Positions 24,387 to 37,589 of a stretch of 64,000 bases of DNA are shown here, piece by piece (the stretch's first letter is position 1; the number at the start of each line of letters is the position of its first letter). The position numbers and the translations under genes are program-made. This DNA is from Cycas panzhihuaensis (Eukaryota; Plantae; Cycadophyta): contig CM041465.1 of assembly GCA_023213395.1 (NCBI GenBank), forward strand, positions 216,883,741 to 216,947,740, in the 5' to 3' direction. The notes under the pieces are model-generated. The model was not told where the DNA came from, made no database searches, and worked only from the letters and a program-made list of their open reading frames with translations.

Positions 24387-26202
24387 TATTAGAATATTGA
24401 TATAATTATATGTCATTATATTATGATAACTTTTTTATTAGTCTTTAGATAAAGTATATTATTGAATTATTATATTATATATTAATTTTATTATTATAGA
24501 TACTTATGTAACTCATCAATTTTTTGTTATATAGATAATGAATATATATGCCTTATCCATTTCCTACATAATGCATGAGAGACATAATGCATTTTGATGG
24601 TTTTTTTTCTATTATTATTATTTTCTTAACTTAAACATAATTTTTTTAACTAGTTGGATTTTCCTAACTTCTAAATCTATAATGTTGTTTTGTTTGATTG
24701 TTGTGATGAAATTATCACTTTGATCTCCTACTTCTCATGCATTTATAGTTATTTTAACATGGTATTAGTTGTTGGGATAATGCCCACATTGGGACAATAA
24801 GCCATATCTTAAGGTAGCACATTATTAGGTGTTTATCAATGCCAAGTGACGATAAACTTTGAGAGGTATGCTAATCCCTCTTAGTCCTGCCTATATTTTT
24901 ATGGGGTCTAAAGACCCTAGTGTTTATAAATACCACCTCCCTTAAGGAATCTTATTCATCCTTTCTTGGCTCTCCTAACTTTCATTTGGTATCAAAGCTT
25001 TATTGGTCAATAATTATATCTTGTATTTGTTGGTCTATCTATGCATGGAGAGTTTAGCCTATATATATTTGTTTGCATAAGCATTTATCTATATGTTTTC
25101 CTGCCCAATATAGAGCATAATTCCATCTACTATATTTGCTTGCAATAATTGTATCTACTTTCATTGGTGCATGCCATTACCAATTATTTTTGTATTATGC
25201 TCGTCTAACCAGTTGTTTTGAAATCTTCTCTTACATTTGTCTATTCAAGTATAGTATATAATTAGGTATCTCTTTTTCTATTCATCCTATGCATGGAATC
25301 TATATCTTCTCTTGATTCATATGCATTAAGAAACAAGTATGGTTCTTTGAGTAGAGTCAAAATTGGAGTCATTCATCCCATCTACTATAGTGAAATAGAT
25401 GCCAATCATGTGAGAGTTCTATCATACATCTACTTATGTTTGTCTAATCTTGCATGTGGGATATCCAATTATCATATTTTTTGTGTCTTCATTTAAAGCC
25501 CTCTATTTACAAATGTTCATCCTATTTTTTAATCTAATACTCTTAGTAGATATGATTATGCTATGTTTCATTCACGTTTATACTACATCATCATTTGACT
25601 CTCATTATTCTTTACTTCATTTTGCATGAAGTTGACTCCAAAGATACATGAATCCTTTGTTTATCACAACAACAAAGACCATGTCAACTCCTTTAGATGC
25701 TATTCTTCACCAAATTTGATAACTAACTAACTTAAAATATCAAAACAATATTAACCCGAAGCATTAAAAAATGCAGCACACATAAATAGAATTTCACATC
25801 ATGCCTTGGTTAGTAAGGTCACACCATGGAGTTTATATATACTTAGAACATTGAAGTCTCTCCTTGTACTTTTTTAAGTTCCCATAGTAGGAATTTATCC
25901 TTCTTTTTATATATATTTTACGCATTCTTCATAAGAATATCCTGTGAATGCCATTTCATACACATTATTCCTTATCTTTATATAATTATATATTATATAA
26001 TATCTACACTTCTATACATTTAAGTACATTTATTGAGCATTTGGCCACCCCCACATCTCAATATTGGGTGTTATACTTACATTTATTTGGGTTCTTTTTC
26101 TCATATATCAAAGGTTATAAGCAAGTTATATACTTGCATCCATGGTTATTGTAATATATATGCATACTTACATTATGTCAAGGTTATACACAAAAGTTTC
26201 TT

Positions 26203-29200
26203 TCTTTTTTTTTTGATAAGGTAAAATAATATTACAGGGGTTTTAACTAGGTCCCCAAACCCAGTACATCAAGGCTATATGGCTTAGAAAGAATGACCAT
26301 GACAGGCCCATGGTCTAGCCCAAGTTTAGGTCTTCTCCTCTGACTACCTCTCCCATATGTGCATCTGCCCTGACCAGTCTCAGTAACTCCTCCGGGTACT
26401 CCTCTTTCCAGACTTTTGATCTTTTATTTATCACAGCCAAGTTTGCCAACCAATCTGCTGCCGAGTTTCCTTCACTGTAAGTATGCTAAATTTGAACCTC
26501 AGCTCTGGAGCCCAAAACATCCTGGACATCCCTGAAAATATCTATGTTGTCCCAACGTGGGTCTGCTTCCCCTCTCAAGCATTTTATTGCATACATTGAA
26601 TCACCCTCTATTATCACCTTTTGCAAATTCTCCTCGTCCAACAGAGTTGTGGCCCTCAGCATAGCCTGAACCTTAGCTTTCTGGTTCGATTAAACACCCA
26701 AATACTCCGCAAAAGCCCATCTCAAGTTACCTCCAGGATCCCTACAGAGGCCACCCCCTCCCACCTCACTGGGGTTACCCTTGGCAGCTCCATCGAAGTT
26801 AACTTTTACCCATAATGCATCTGGAGGGCACCACTTGACATCTCTTCTCCTCTTTTTGACGCCCTCCAGGGGAACTATACCCCAATCTTTAATAATATCT
26901 TCTTCCCCTTTAGGTATCCTGTCTTCTTTTGGTTTAACCAACATTTCTGAGGTAGCCTTCCTGATCTCTATCAGTAACATCGGGCTATCCCTCTCTTTAC
27001 CTTCGAAGATCCTCCTATTTCACTCTTTCCAAATGAACCAGGAGCCTACCAAGAGGATCATCTTCCAGAGTCTAAAAAGGATTTTTCTTTTGAAAGGAGA
27101 GATCCAAGCTGACCATTGCTCTTCTAGGGATTTCGAAGAGACCCAGGCTATCCCCAGCCTGGACCAGATAACACTCCAAATGCCCACTGAATAAGGACAG
27201 TGAATACATAGATGGTCCAGGGTTTCAGCTTCCAACTTACACAGCACGCACCTACTCGCCAAATGGACTCCCCTCTTTGAAAGATTATCCAATGTGAGTA
27301 ATTTATTTTGGAGGCATAACCACCAGAAAGTGGCTATTTTTGGGAGAACCCCCAACTTCCAGACCCCAGCTAGAATGTCATTCCTATCCCAGCCCTCCCT
27401 ACTCATCCTTAGATTATAACCAGCTTTAACCATATATGAACCCGTAGATGACGGTGGCCATACCAGAGAATCTGGTACCGACCTCTTTGGTATATACTAG
27501 TTTTCTAAAATCCCTTTCACCCTGTGGATCGCCTCCTCAAGGCCGTGCAATTCCTCAAACGATCTCCACCTCCTATCCTTACCTTGCCCTTCCCAATAAT
27601 TCTTGACAAAGGGTCCATAGCGTCTTACACAGTCCCTCTTCATGGTCCCGATGTTAGGCATCTCCTCTAATTTAAAGTGTCTGCACCATCTATCTTCCCA
27701 GAACCTTATGCTTTTGCCATCCCCCAGCTTCCATCGTATACCTTCACGGAGAAGGGATCTCGAAGTCCTGATGGCTCTCCATATCGGGGACCCCTCCAAA
27801 CAGAGTCCCTCCTCCAATAAAAAGTGATCATCCCCTAGATACTTCCTTGCTATGATTTTCCCCCAGACCGAGCCAGCTTCTTTAGTGAGTCTTCACCCCG
27901 TCTTTGCCAGGAGAGCTTCATTAAAAAGGCCCAATCTTTTAACACTAAGACCTCCCGCCCACTTAGGCCTACAGACCTTCTCCCATGACATTAGGTAGAT
28001 TCTCTTTTTATCTTCAGCTCCTGACCAAAGAAATCTCTTCATGATTCCCTCCAAAATTGAGATAACTCTACTCGGTATTTTGAAGACCGTCATTTGATAG
28101 ACCGGGATACTCTGCAAGGAAGCCACCAGTAGCTGAATTCTCCCGGCCCAACTGAGGAGAGCCCCTTTCCATCCTGCCAGCTTCCTGTTGAATCTATTTA
28201 CTATTGGATCCCACATATCCTTCCCCATCTTTCCCGCAAAAAGAGGCATACCAAGGTATGAGCTAGGGAGGGAGCCTCTAGCCATCTCCAAAATCCTACT
28301 TATTTTTCTTTGCAGCCTCTCCGGAGTATTGATAAAAAAGGTCAAGCTTTTGTCTAAATTAATTTTTTGGTTTGTAGCCCTTTCATAAGCCTGTAGACCC
28401 AATTTTAAGGCCCTGGCCTCCCCCAAGGAGGCCTTACAGAGAAAAATATTATCGTCTACAAACTGATGATGCATAATATTATCTAGGTTGGAGGAAGCTC
28501 TCAAACCTATTATCCTCCCTATCCTCTAGGCCTCCAACGTCGCCCTACCTAACATTTCAGCCATAATAATGAATAGGAAAGGAGAGAGGGGGTCACCTTG
28601 CCTCAAACCCCTCGTCCCGACAAAGAAAGGGGTTGACCTCCCATTTATTATTACCGAAAAGGAAACTCTAGAAATATAACATCTCATCCACTCCCTCCAT
28701 ACCTCCTCGAAACCAAATGCCTCGAGGCAATCCATCAATCAGTCCCAAGCCACACAGTCATAGGCTTTGGACATATCTGTTTTAATAATCATACCCGCTT
28801 CATTACGATGCAACATTGAATGCAGGGTCTCATGGACAATTATAATACCGTCCGAAATTTATCTTCCTTTCACAAACCCATCCTGGTTAGGAGAAATAAT
28901 TTCTGGGAGATTCTCCCTCAGGCGGTTCGCTAACACTTTGGCCAGTATCTTGTATTTAACGTTGCACAGGCTAATCGGTCTGAAGTCTTCCATAGCCTCC
29001 ACTCCCTCCTTCTTTGGGATCAATGCCAGGAATGTGGCCTGCCACTCTTTCAATATTTTATGCCTAAGGAAAAATTCATTAAGCGCCAACATGAGATCGT
29101 CCTTAATTATCTCCCAATATTCCTGAAAAAAACCTAGAGGGAAGCCATCCGGCCCTGGGGCCTTATCACGACCCATCTTGAATAAGGCCCTCTCGACCTC

Positions 29201-32200
29201 CTCCTGAGAGAAGGGTTCTATCAGTTTGTTGTTCCAGTCCTTAGTAATCACTTTCAGAATAAATTGTAAGAGAGCCGCCCTAAGGGTGGGGTCCTGACAT
29301 CCTGGCTCTGAATATAGCTCCTTGAAGTAATCCATCGTAATACCACCAATTTGATCCTCCGCCTCATACTCAACCCCATCCCTGCTGCGAATTTTAGAGA
29401 TCCTATTATGGACCCTGTGTCTCAAAGTGGACAGATGGAAGAACTTCGTGTTTCATCCCCTCCGTATCCACTTTGCTCTGGATTTCTGTTTCCAGAAGAT
29501 TTCCTCCCTTTCCAACACCTCCTCAAATTTCCTGGAAGTAGAAAGCTCCTTATAGTCCAATTCTTGGGTTCTTCCCTCCCTCTAGATCCTATCCTCTATC
29601 CCTTTTAGTTCCCCCAGCAGGGCACCCTTGTGTTCGAAAATATTTCCAAAGACCTCCCTATTCCAGACTTTAATTTGTTTCTTGATCCAATTCAGTTTCC
29701 TTGAGAACCTGAATATGGCGCAACCCTGTACCTGGACTCCCCACCAGTCCCGAATCCTTTCTCTCAAGTCTGGATGTTTCTGCCACATGAGTTCAAAGCG
29801 GAATGGCACCCCTTTGTAGAAAGCCGGGATGGACCCCTCCAAAATAAGAGGCGAATGGTCTGACCCAGCTTTCGGAAGGGCCTCCAACTTTACACCTTCA
29901 AAGTGACAGGCCCATTCATAGTTAGTTAACATCCTGTCCAATCTACATTGTATGTGATTATGGCCTAGCTGCCTATTGGACCAGGTGTACCTAGCTCCCC
30001 TGAGAGGAACATCCATCAGGCTACCCGATTGCAGGAACACACCAAGATTAGACATACTCCTGGTCCACCCCCCTTGCCCCCCTTTCTTCTCTTCCGGACA
30101 TAGGGGGGAATTGAAGTCCCCCGCCACCAACCAAGGACCATCCCATACTTTGTGGGCTTCCACCAGACCATCTCATAATCTCCTCCTGCCCTCAACCGAG
30201 TTAGGGACGTAGATGTTGGTGATCCAATTCTCCTTGTTAGTTATGACACTAACCAACCCACCGGTTAAGAAGTGTTCACTCTTGCACACCTCATAACCTT
30301 TCCATCTTTTAGGATTCCATAGAGAGGCTAGCCCCTTGGAACCCGTCGAACCTACACTTGTCTTCCCCTCACCCTTCCTCCAAATCTTGTTAAGCACCTC
30401 TGCTTCCTTTGTCTGTTCCACCTTTGTCTCCTGCAAGAGTACGATATCAACCTCTGTCCTAATCCTTAGTTCTCTGACCAATCTCTGCTTGGATGGGGCA
30501 TTTAGCCCCCTGATGTTCTAAGAAAGGATCTTCATGGATGACCGGAAGCTATGCCCCTCATCCTTTCCTGCTTCTGAGGTTAGGGCCTTCTAGCGCCCCC
30601 CCCCCCCCCTCTTTTAACGTTCTCTGGTAACCCAAGTCTATCTGGGCTTGGGTTTCTTTCTCTCTGGTGGCCTTTCTAGGGGGTCTGCCCACCTTCTTTT
30701 CTATCCCATAATCTGGGGCCTTCTTCACTTCTGATGTATTACTTTTTGAAACCCATTTGTGTATCCTGCCTCCTCCTCTACCTGAATCTGCACCTCTCGG
30801 CCCAACTCCTACTCCTCCTTCAGCTACAGAACCTACCTGTCGCTCCTCTTAACTCTATTCTCTCGGACCCCCTTCCTCGGGCTTAGATAAGTAATCCTCT
30901 AAGTCCTAGTTTATATTCTTGGCAAGCTTGGCGAGTGCTAGCTCCTCGGCTGAGGCCCAAAGGTCTCCTTCCCCCTGCGTCTGACTTGGGTCCATTGGTT
31001 GATCTTTAACATCCGAAGGCGTCCGCCCCAACTCCAGTCGTGAGATACCTTCAGTCTCTTCACCTTTAGACTCTCCCTTATCAGACACATTTTTCACCGT
31101 ATCCTTACCCCCAACTTCTTGACTTTCCTTGTTAACTGACATTTCTTTAATTTCTTTATCTGTAGGACAAGCCACAGCAGAGACCTTCCCACCGCCCAAC
31201 TCACTACGGGGTAACGACTCCAAACTTTCGACATTCTCCTCTCTGAGATCAACCTTATCTGATCTACCGATTTCACCTGTCACTGTCTCCCCCCTGATAA
31301 CTTCTTCCTCCTTCCCTACCTCCTGGATATCCACCCTTAGTGGGACCCCTGGGCATTGGAAGGGGAGATGCCCCCTATTCTTACATTTTGTGAACCTGAA
31401 GCCCTCCACCTCATAAAATAAGCCTTGGATGATGGTTCTACCATCCAACTCAATCTCTACCTCAACCGGGAGCTCACTATCGAGCTTAGCCAGAACACAA
31501 AATCTGGCATTCATCAATCTAGATCTATTTTTTGTGGCTGAATCCAATGCTAGTAGTGGCCCTATCATTTTAGTCGTCCCTTTAACCGTCTCCAAGTTCC
31601 AGAAGTGTAGGGGAAGCCCAAGAGGTTGAACCCAAACCAGGGCTTGTTTAACCATAGGAGTGCCTGGGTCAAAATCTAGATGCCATTTCTCCAGTGACAT
31701 GGCCTTCCTCCCAAACATCCATGGGGACTTCAGCAAGATGGGAATCATGTCCTCCTGACTTGAAAACCTAAAAAGGACACATCCCTTAGGCATCGCCATG
31801 ACTTGGACAGAGCTTCTGGTCTTCCACTTGTTTCTAATCCACTCCCTGATGATGTCCAAACCTGGCATGGGACCCGAAAACCTACCTACCAGGCTATTTT
31901 CCCAATACTGTATGGTCTTTTCGGTAACTTCTTTCGGTATCAAAATTTTATATCTATTTCCAATTTTAATAGGGAATATATCTTGTTCCTCTTGGTTTTC
32001 GGTTCTTAATACTTCAAGGTAAGTCCTCCCCGAAGGGGAGGACTGAGACTGGTTCAGAGTTGTCTACATCATATGAACATCAAAGGAAAAAACTTATAGG
32101 AGAACAGCATAAACTCACCATTAAGCTTGTCTATGCACAACCGTTTCCCTTTGGCTAAACTTCTGGGGCACCAATCTTGGGCATGCAGATCTATCTTTAT

Positions 32201-32470
32201 CTAAATCTTTTGTAACTGTGAAACCCTCGGGCCAGCACTACTAAGCTGTTCAGCGTCGTTTCTATGTGGGAGATCCGTCCTCTTCCGTCTATGCACTAGC
32301 GCAGCTCTACACGGGCCTCGAACCTGCCTTCCTTTAGCTCTGGAAAAACATGCAGGGCGTGGTCTGACCGGACCAGCCTTCTCCATGTCTTCTCTATACC
32401 CTACGGTTCATCCTTCCTCCTCAGCGCCGTAGCCGTGATGCTCTCTTCTTCCTACTCCTCTGTGTTACTA
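26203..32470 (-). mobile_element. L1-2: full-length L1-clade LINE with RNase H, decayed
   Basis: TSD ttatacacaa(a/t)gtttctt at 26184-26202 and 32471-32489; poly(A) after cttatc. ORF1 from about 32069 and ORF2 from 30535, with [49 protein letters not shown]. Confidence 0.95.
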
Positions 32471-33446
32471 TTATACACAAATGTTTCTTAGTCTACGTAT
32501 ATCTCCTTATATTGAGTGGTGTTCTTTTGCATCTAGTTTATTCTTAATCTATGTTTATCTAACATCTCAACAGTATAGCCATGTTTTCACATCTTGTGTA
32601 GTTGCATTTACGCCCCATTATTCATATTTACTCAACATGTAGGGATCTATTTGTTAGAGCATTTAGCACTTTGAAAATTTTAATTATATTCTATATATTA
32701 TTGAGATCCTTATTTATATCCCTCTTTTTACTAAGATATAGGTTATATTATAGAGGAAAGTAACCAAAAGGTCAGTTTTCAAAGGGGCTAAATTGTTTCT
32801 TTTAAAGAAACTATGTCATCTCAATTACTTGTGATTACTTCAACACGTATATTTATTACCAATGGGGCCTATTTTTAAATCTATCAACTTCATAGTATTC
32901 TTCATTCTCACCCAAATGAAATAAGTGGTCACATACCTATATTATATTTGCATTTGATAATCTATTTAATGAATTAAAGTTGATAAACAATTTTTATTAT
33001 AGTTTAAGTACTAAAGGGATCTTTATTAGATTTGATCTCTTTGAACTATTTAAAGTATAACTTTATTATAACATATCAAAATTAAGTGTCATTTGAAGCA
33101 TTGGATTCATATTTCAATCTTCTACTAAGTTAATGGTCTTCTAAATACGTCTAATATCATTTTATGTATTGCTTTTATACTTAATGATAGTCTATGGGCT
33201 TCTTATGAGTTGACCCTTAAATAAACTTAGCAAAGCTTTACTTTGTAATCATAATTTAATATAATTTTTTATCTTAGAGGAGGTTGAGTCCTAATTAAGA
33301 TACTTGTAATATCTCAAAGTTGAAGGAGGATAATTTTACTTATGTTTGAGTGCATTTCATTACCTTATTTAAGTGCATTTTTTAGTCTTTCATTAAAGTA
33401 CTTTATCTTTTTGAAGCTAGTTTATTTTAATACAATTTCTTTATCA

Positions 33447-36400
33447 TGGCTTCTAACATAAGTAGTGTAATGGTATCTAAGTTTGTTGGTACCAATTTCT
33501 TAATTTGGAGTTATATAATGAAGCCTACTTTTTTATCAAAAGATATGTAGGATTTCATTAAAAATGGATATGATACACTTAATCCTAATGCCACTATATA
33601 TCAAAAGAAGACCTTCAAGAAGAATGAAAATAGAGACAATAAAGCCTTGGCATTTATCTTTTATATATTAGAGGACTATATCTTCCTGAGGGACTATGAG
33701 GTGACTAAATCAAAGGAGACATATGTTGGGTATGTGACAATAATGTATAAGAAGGCTAAAATTTTAAACCTTTTTTAGAGTGATTTTCCCTACCAACTTT
33801 CCTCGGGGGGATCCAAGGGGGGCAACAACTCCCCTTAGTTAGGGGGTGTAGGGGGAGTTAGAACCCCTTCCCCAGTCACACAAGTAGGGGTTTAGGGATG
33901 GTAGCCCCCGAAGCAAAAAGATAAGGTTCAAAACCTACTAAATTATAAAGAGAATTAGGGTATTTCATCAAAAAGTCCTTAGATATGATGGTTGAAATTG
34001 ATCTAGATTTTTATATATAACCCATATTAGGTAATTAGGGTTTTAGTTTAATTATTGTATCGCATTACATTGTATCATAGGTGGTTACTAGTTGTTATTG
34101 TTGTGAACTATATGGTAGCTGATATACATATCTTTATTCTTGATTAATAAAGATCGATACATTTCCTATATGGATGTTTTCCTAGCACTCTACTAGGGTT
34201 TTACCACCTTATATCTAGTGTACTTGGTAATGTGTATACTTTTGTATATATATTAAATCATCTCTAGTTTATGTACTTATATTTAGTTATAATTTAAAAT
34301 TTCATTCTTGTCATAAAACAAATAGATCTTGGTGGTTAGTTTGGTTATTTAGAACCAGGTTTACTCAATAGTATAGAATGCTTTAAAGACCACCTACGAA
34401 TGAGTTATTACATCAAAATTTTAAACATAAAGGAGTAAATTTAAAAATTATAGGATGAATAATAATGAAGGGATAAATGACTTCATAACCAAGATACAAG
34501 GTTGAGTCAATTAAATGAGGGTCTCAGGAGAATTCATTAGTGAATAAATTATGGTAGAAAAAATCTTCAGATACATTAGTGATATCAAAAGGTTTGAAAT
34601 AGTAGCAACAAGTATTGAGGTCTCCAAAAAACTGACAACACTCAAGATTGATCAACTTAGTGTTATGTTAATTGTAGTTAAAGAGAAATAAGGTGGTAGT
34701 GAATCATTAGAACATGCATTTACCACTAAGGCAAAGATTAGGCCATTTTTTGAAGGCCAAAGTTTTAGGGGAATAGGTTGATCTCCTAAAAGAATTAGAG
34801 AAAAGTTTAAAAACTATGGGCAATTTTATCAAGGACAAGTTCAAGGATAAGGATAACTCTATCAAGGTCAACGTTAATTCCATCAAGGACAAGGTCAATG
34901 ACAAAGATAATACTATCAAGGTCAATTTAACTAAGGATAAGGAGAAGGTTTTAGACTACAATGTAGAGGTAGAGGACAAAGTCCAAGAGGAAGGAATCAA
35001 AGACAAAGAGAAAGTAGTCCTAGAGATAGAGGAACAATGCAATATTCCCATTATCATAGAAGTTGATACTTAGAAATTATTATTTCATAAAAAGGACCAA
35101 CATGTAAAGAGATGCAACTAATATAATAGTTGAAAAACTAAGGGAGAATGAGAGACTCTTATTATCAAGTCTAATGGCTAATGAAAGAAAGGATAATTAG
35201 TGCATTAATTCAAGTTCCTCTACTCATATAACACATAGGAAAGAATGGTTTAATAAGCCAATACTAAAAAATATAAAATCATATTTAGGGATAATACTAC
35301 TCAAGCTATAATAGATAAAGGAAATATAGCCATCTTAATAGATTTTTTAGAGACTAGATATATCAATGATATACTCTGTGTTCTTACACTTGAGAAAATT
35401 TTGCTATTAATAAAATAAATAATGGAGAAAAAGTACAAAGTTATCTTTAATAATAGTTAGTATACCACTAAATATAAGTTGAGGAATAAGGCAATAGTTA
35501 CTAAGGGTCAAATAACTAGTGATAGATTATTTAAGTTAGTCATACTCCCAACTAACTATTGTGCCTTAAAGTTATCAATTAATATGGATAGTGAGACTTA
35601 GTATAAAATACTTGGCCATATGAGCTATAACAACTTAACATCGATGAAAGAGATGGAAATGGTAATTGGTCTACCTAACATTAAATATAGTAAAGAAGTA
35701 TGTGAAGGTTACATATTAAGTAAGTAGTAAAAGGTAGGTTTTCTTAACAATAATTATATGGCAAATCAACCTCTTCAACTAGTGTATATAAACCTATGTG
35801 GACTAATGTGTGTACCTTTACTTAGAGGAGCCAAGTACTTCATAACTTTTATTGATGACTTTAAAAGAATAACTTGAGTTTATATTCTCAAGTTTAAATC
35901 AGATACACTTTAATACTTCATTAATTTCAAAGTAATAATTAAAAGGCATAATGGGCATAAAATATTAACCCTTAAATCAGATAATAGAGGAATTCATTTC
36001 AAATGAATTTAAGGACTATTATAAATACTATCAGAAAAGGAAAGAACTTATTAATACCTATACCACCCCACAATAAAATGGAGTAGTAGAAAGAAAAAAT
36101 AAAACCATGCATAAGATGGTTACGAGTATGCTTAAGGATAAGCATCTTGGCAATGAGCATTAAGTAAAAGTTGTATATGTATTGCTTATTAATTAAATAA
36201 ATACACAACTAAGGCAATGAGATGGGTCTCACTTGAGAAAGTTTGGATAGGTCACAAACCAAGCATTAAATACTTAAGAGTTTTTTGGCACATAGCATAT
36301 GCACATGTTCCAGAACAAAGAATAATAAAGTTCAATAATAAAAACACTAAGTGCATATTTATAAGATATACTGATATATTAAGATCATATAAATTATATG

Positions 36401-37589
36401 ACCCTAAAGGTAAAAGAATCACCATGAGTAAAGATGTCATCTTTAATAAAGATGAATTCTATTAAAAGGAAGTTATTGAATAATATAAAGGAAAAATAAT
36501 ATGATTGAAGTGGATTCTAACTTAAGTAGTACAAATATACCTAGCACAAGTGAAGTAGGACCATCCACTTCAAATCAAAGGGTTCCAAAATAGGTACAAA
36601 GAGGTCGTAACCCTCAAAATATTTTAGACATAAATTTCAAAAAAAGAACAAGATCTCAAAGGGTAAATTTTGTATTAATGACTCAAGTCATAAAGTTAAA
36701 TGAGGCTTAAAACTTTAGAGAGGTAAATAGTTAAGTTAAATAAAAAGATATAATGAAGAAAGAATATAATGCCTTAATGAAGAATAACACATAGGAGTTG
36801 GTTGATTTACTGCCTAGAAAGAATATCATTATGATAAAATGGATCTATAAGACCAAGTACAAATCAGATGGTTCTATTAATAAATACAAGGTATAATTAG
36901 TTACAAAAGGCTATGTTTAAGTTGGAGGCATAAACTATAATAAAACATTTATACCTATTGCAAGGTTAAAAATAATTAGATTAATCATGGCCTTAGTTGC
37001 ATAATAGGGTTAGATGATTTATAATATGGATGTCTAGAGTGTCTTTCTAAATAGATATATTGATAAGGAGCTTATGTCTAATAACCTAAGGGTTTTTAAC
37101 TAAAGGGAAAGGAAGATAAGGTTTATAAACTCAAAAAGGCTTTGTATAGACTCAAACAAGAACTTAGAGCATGGCACTTTAGGATTGACAAATACTTAAG
37201 GATAAAGGATTCTTAAGGAGCTAATCAAATCCTAATTTCTATATAAAATTAGAAGAAATTTCAATATTAATAGTTAACTTATATATGGATGACTTAGTAT
37301 ATATTGGGAATTGTGATTACTTATCCCCAAAAGTTTAAGAAAAATATGAGTAAAGAGTCTGAAATGATAGATTTGGGACTAATGTATTATTTCTTAAGCA
37401 TTAAAGTATGACAAAATGAAAAGGGGATATTTATATCACAAAAGAAATACATATTAGATATGCTACATAAATTTAACATGAGTAATTACAAGCCACTTAC
37501 AATACCAATAGAAGTTGGGTTAAAATTGTCTAAGTTTTAGGAGTCTAAATCAATTAATCCTATACTTTATAGGTAATTAATTGAGAGCC
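33447..37589 (+). pseudogene. Element E gag-pol (5' part), many stops, interrupted by a solo LTR
   Basis: MASNISSVMVSKFVGTNF.IW (Gag), TFIDDF (integrase), IAYAHVPEQR...TKCIF, KWIYKTK, LY.LKQ (RT). Confidence 0.8.
33724..34370 (+). mobile_element. Solo LTR (647 bp) of the element B family, inserted in element E gag
   Basis: Starts TGTTGGG, ends tttactcaaTA. Its 3' half matches about 15000-15272. Degraded TSD acata/gtata splits the Gag KEAW motif. Confidence 0.85.

Noticed and set aside
34816-35073. Asp/Lys-rich 85-aa ORF
   Set aside because: Alternative frame of the Gln/Gly-rich Gag repeat.
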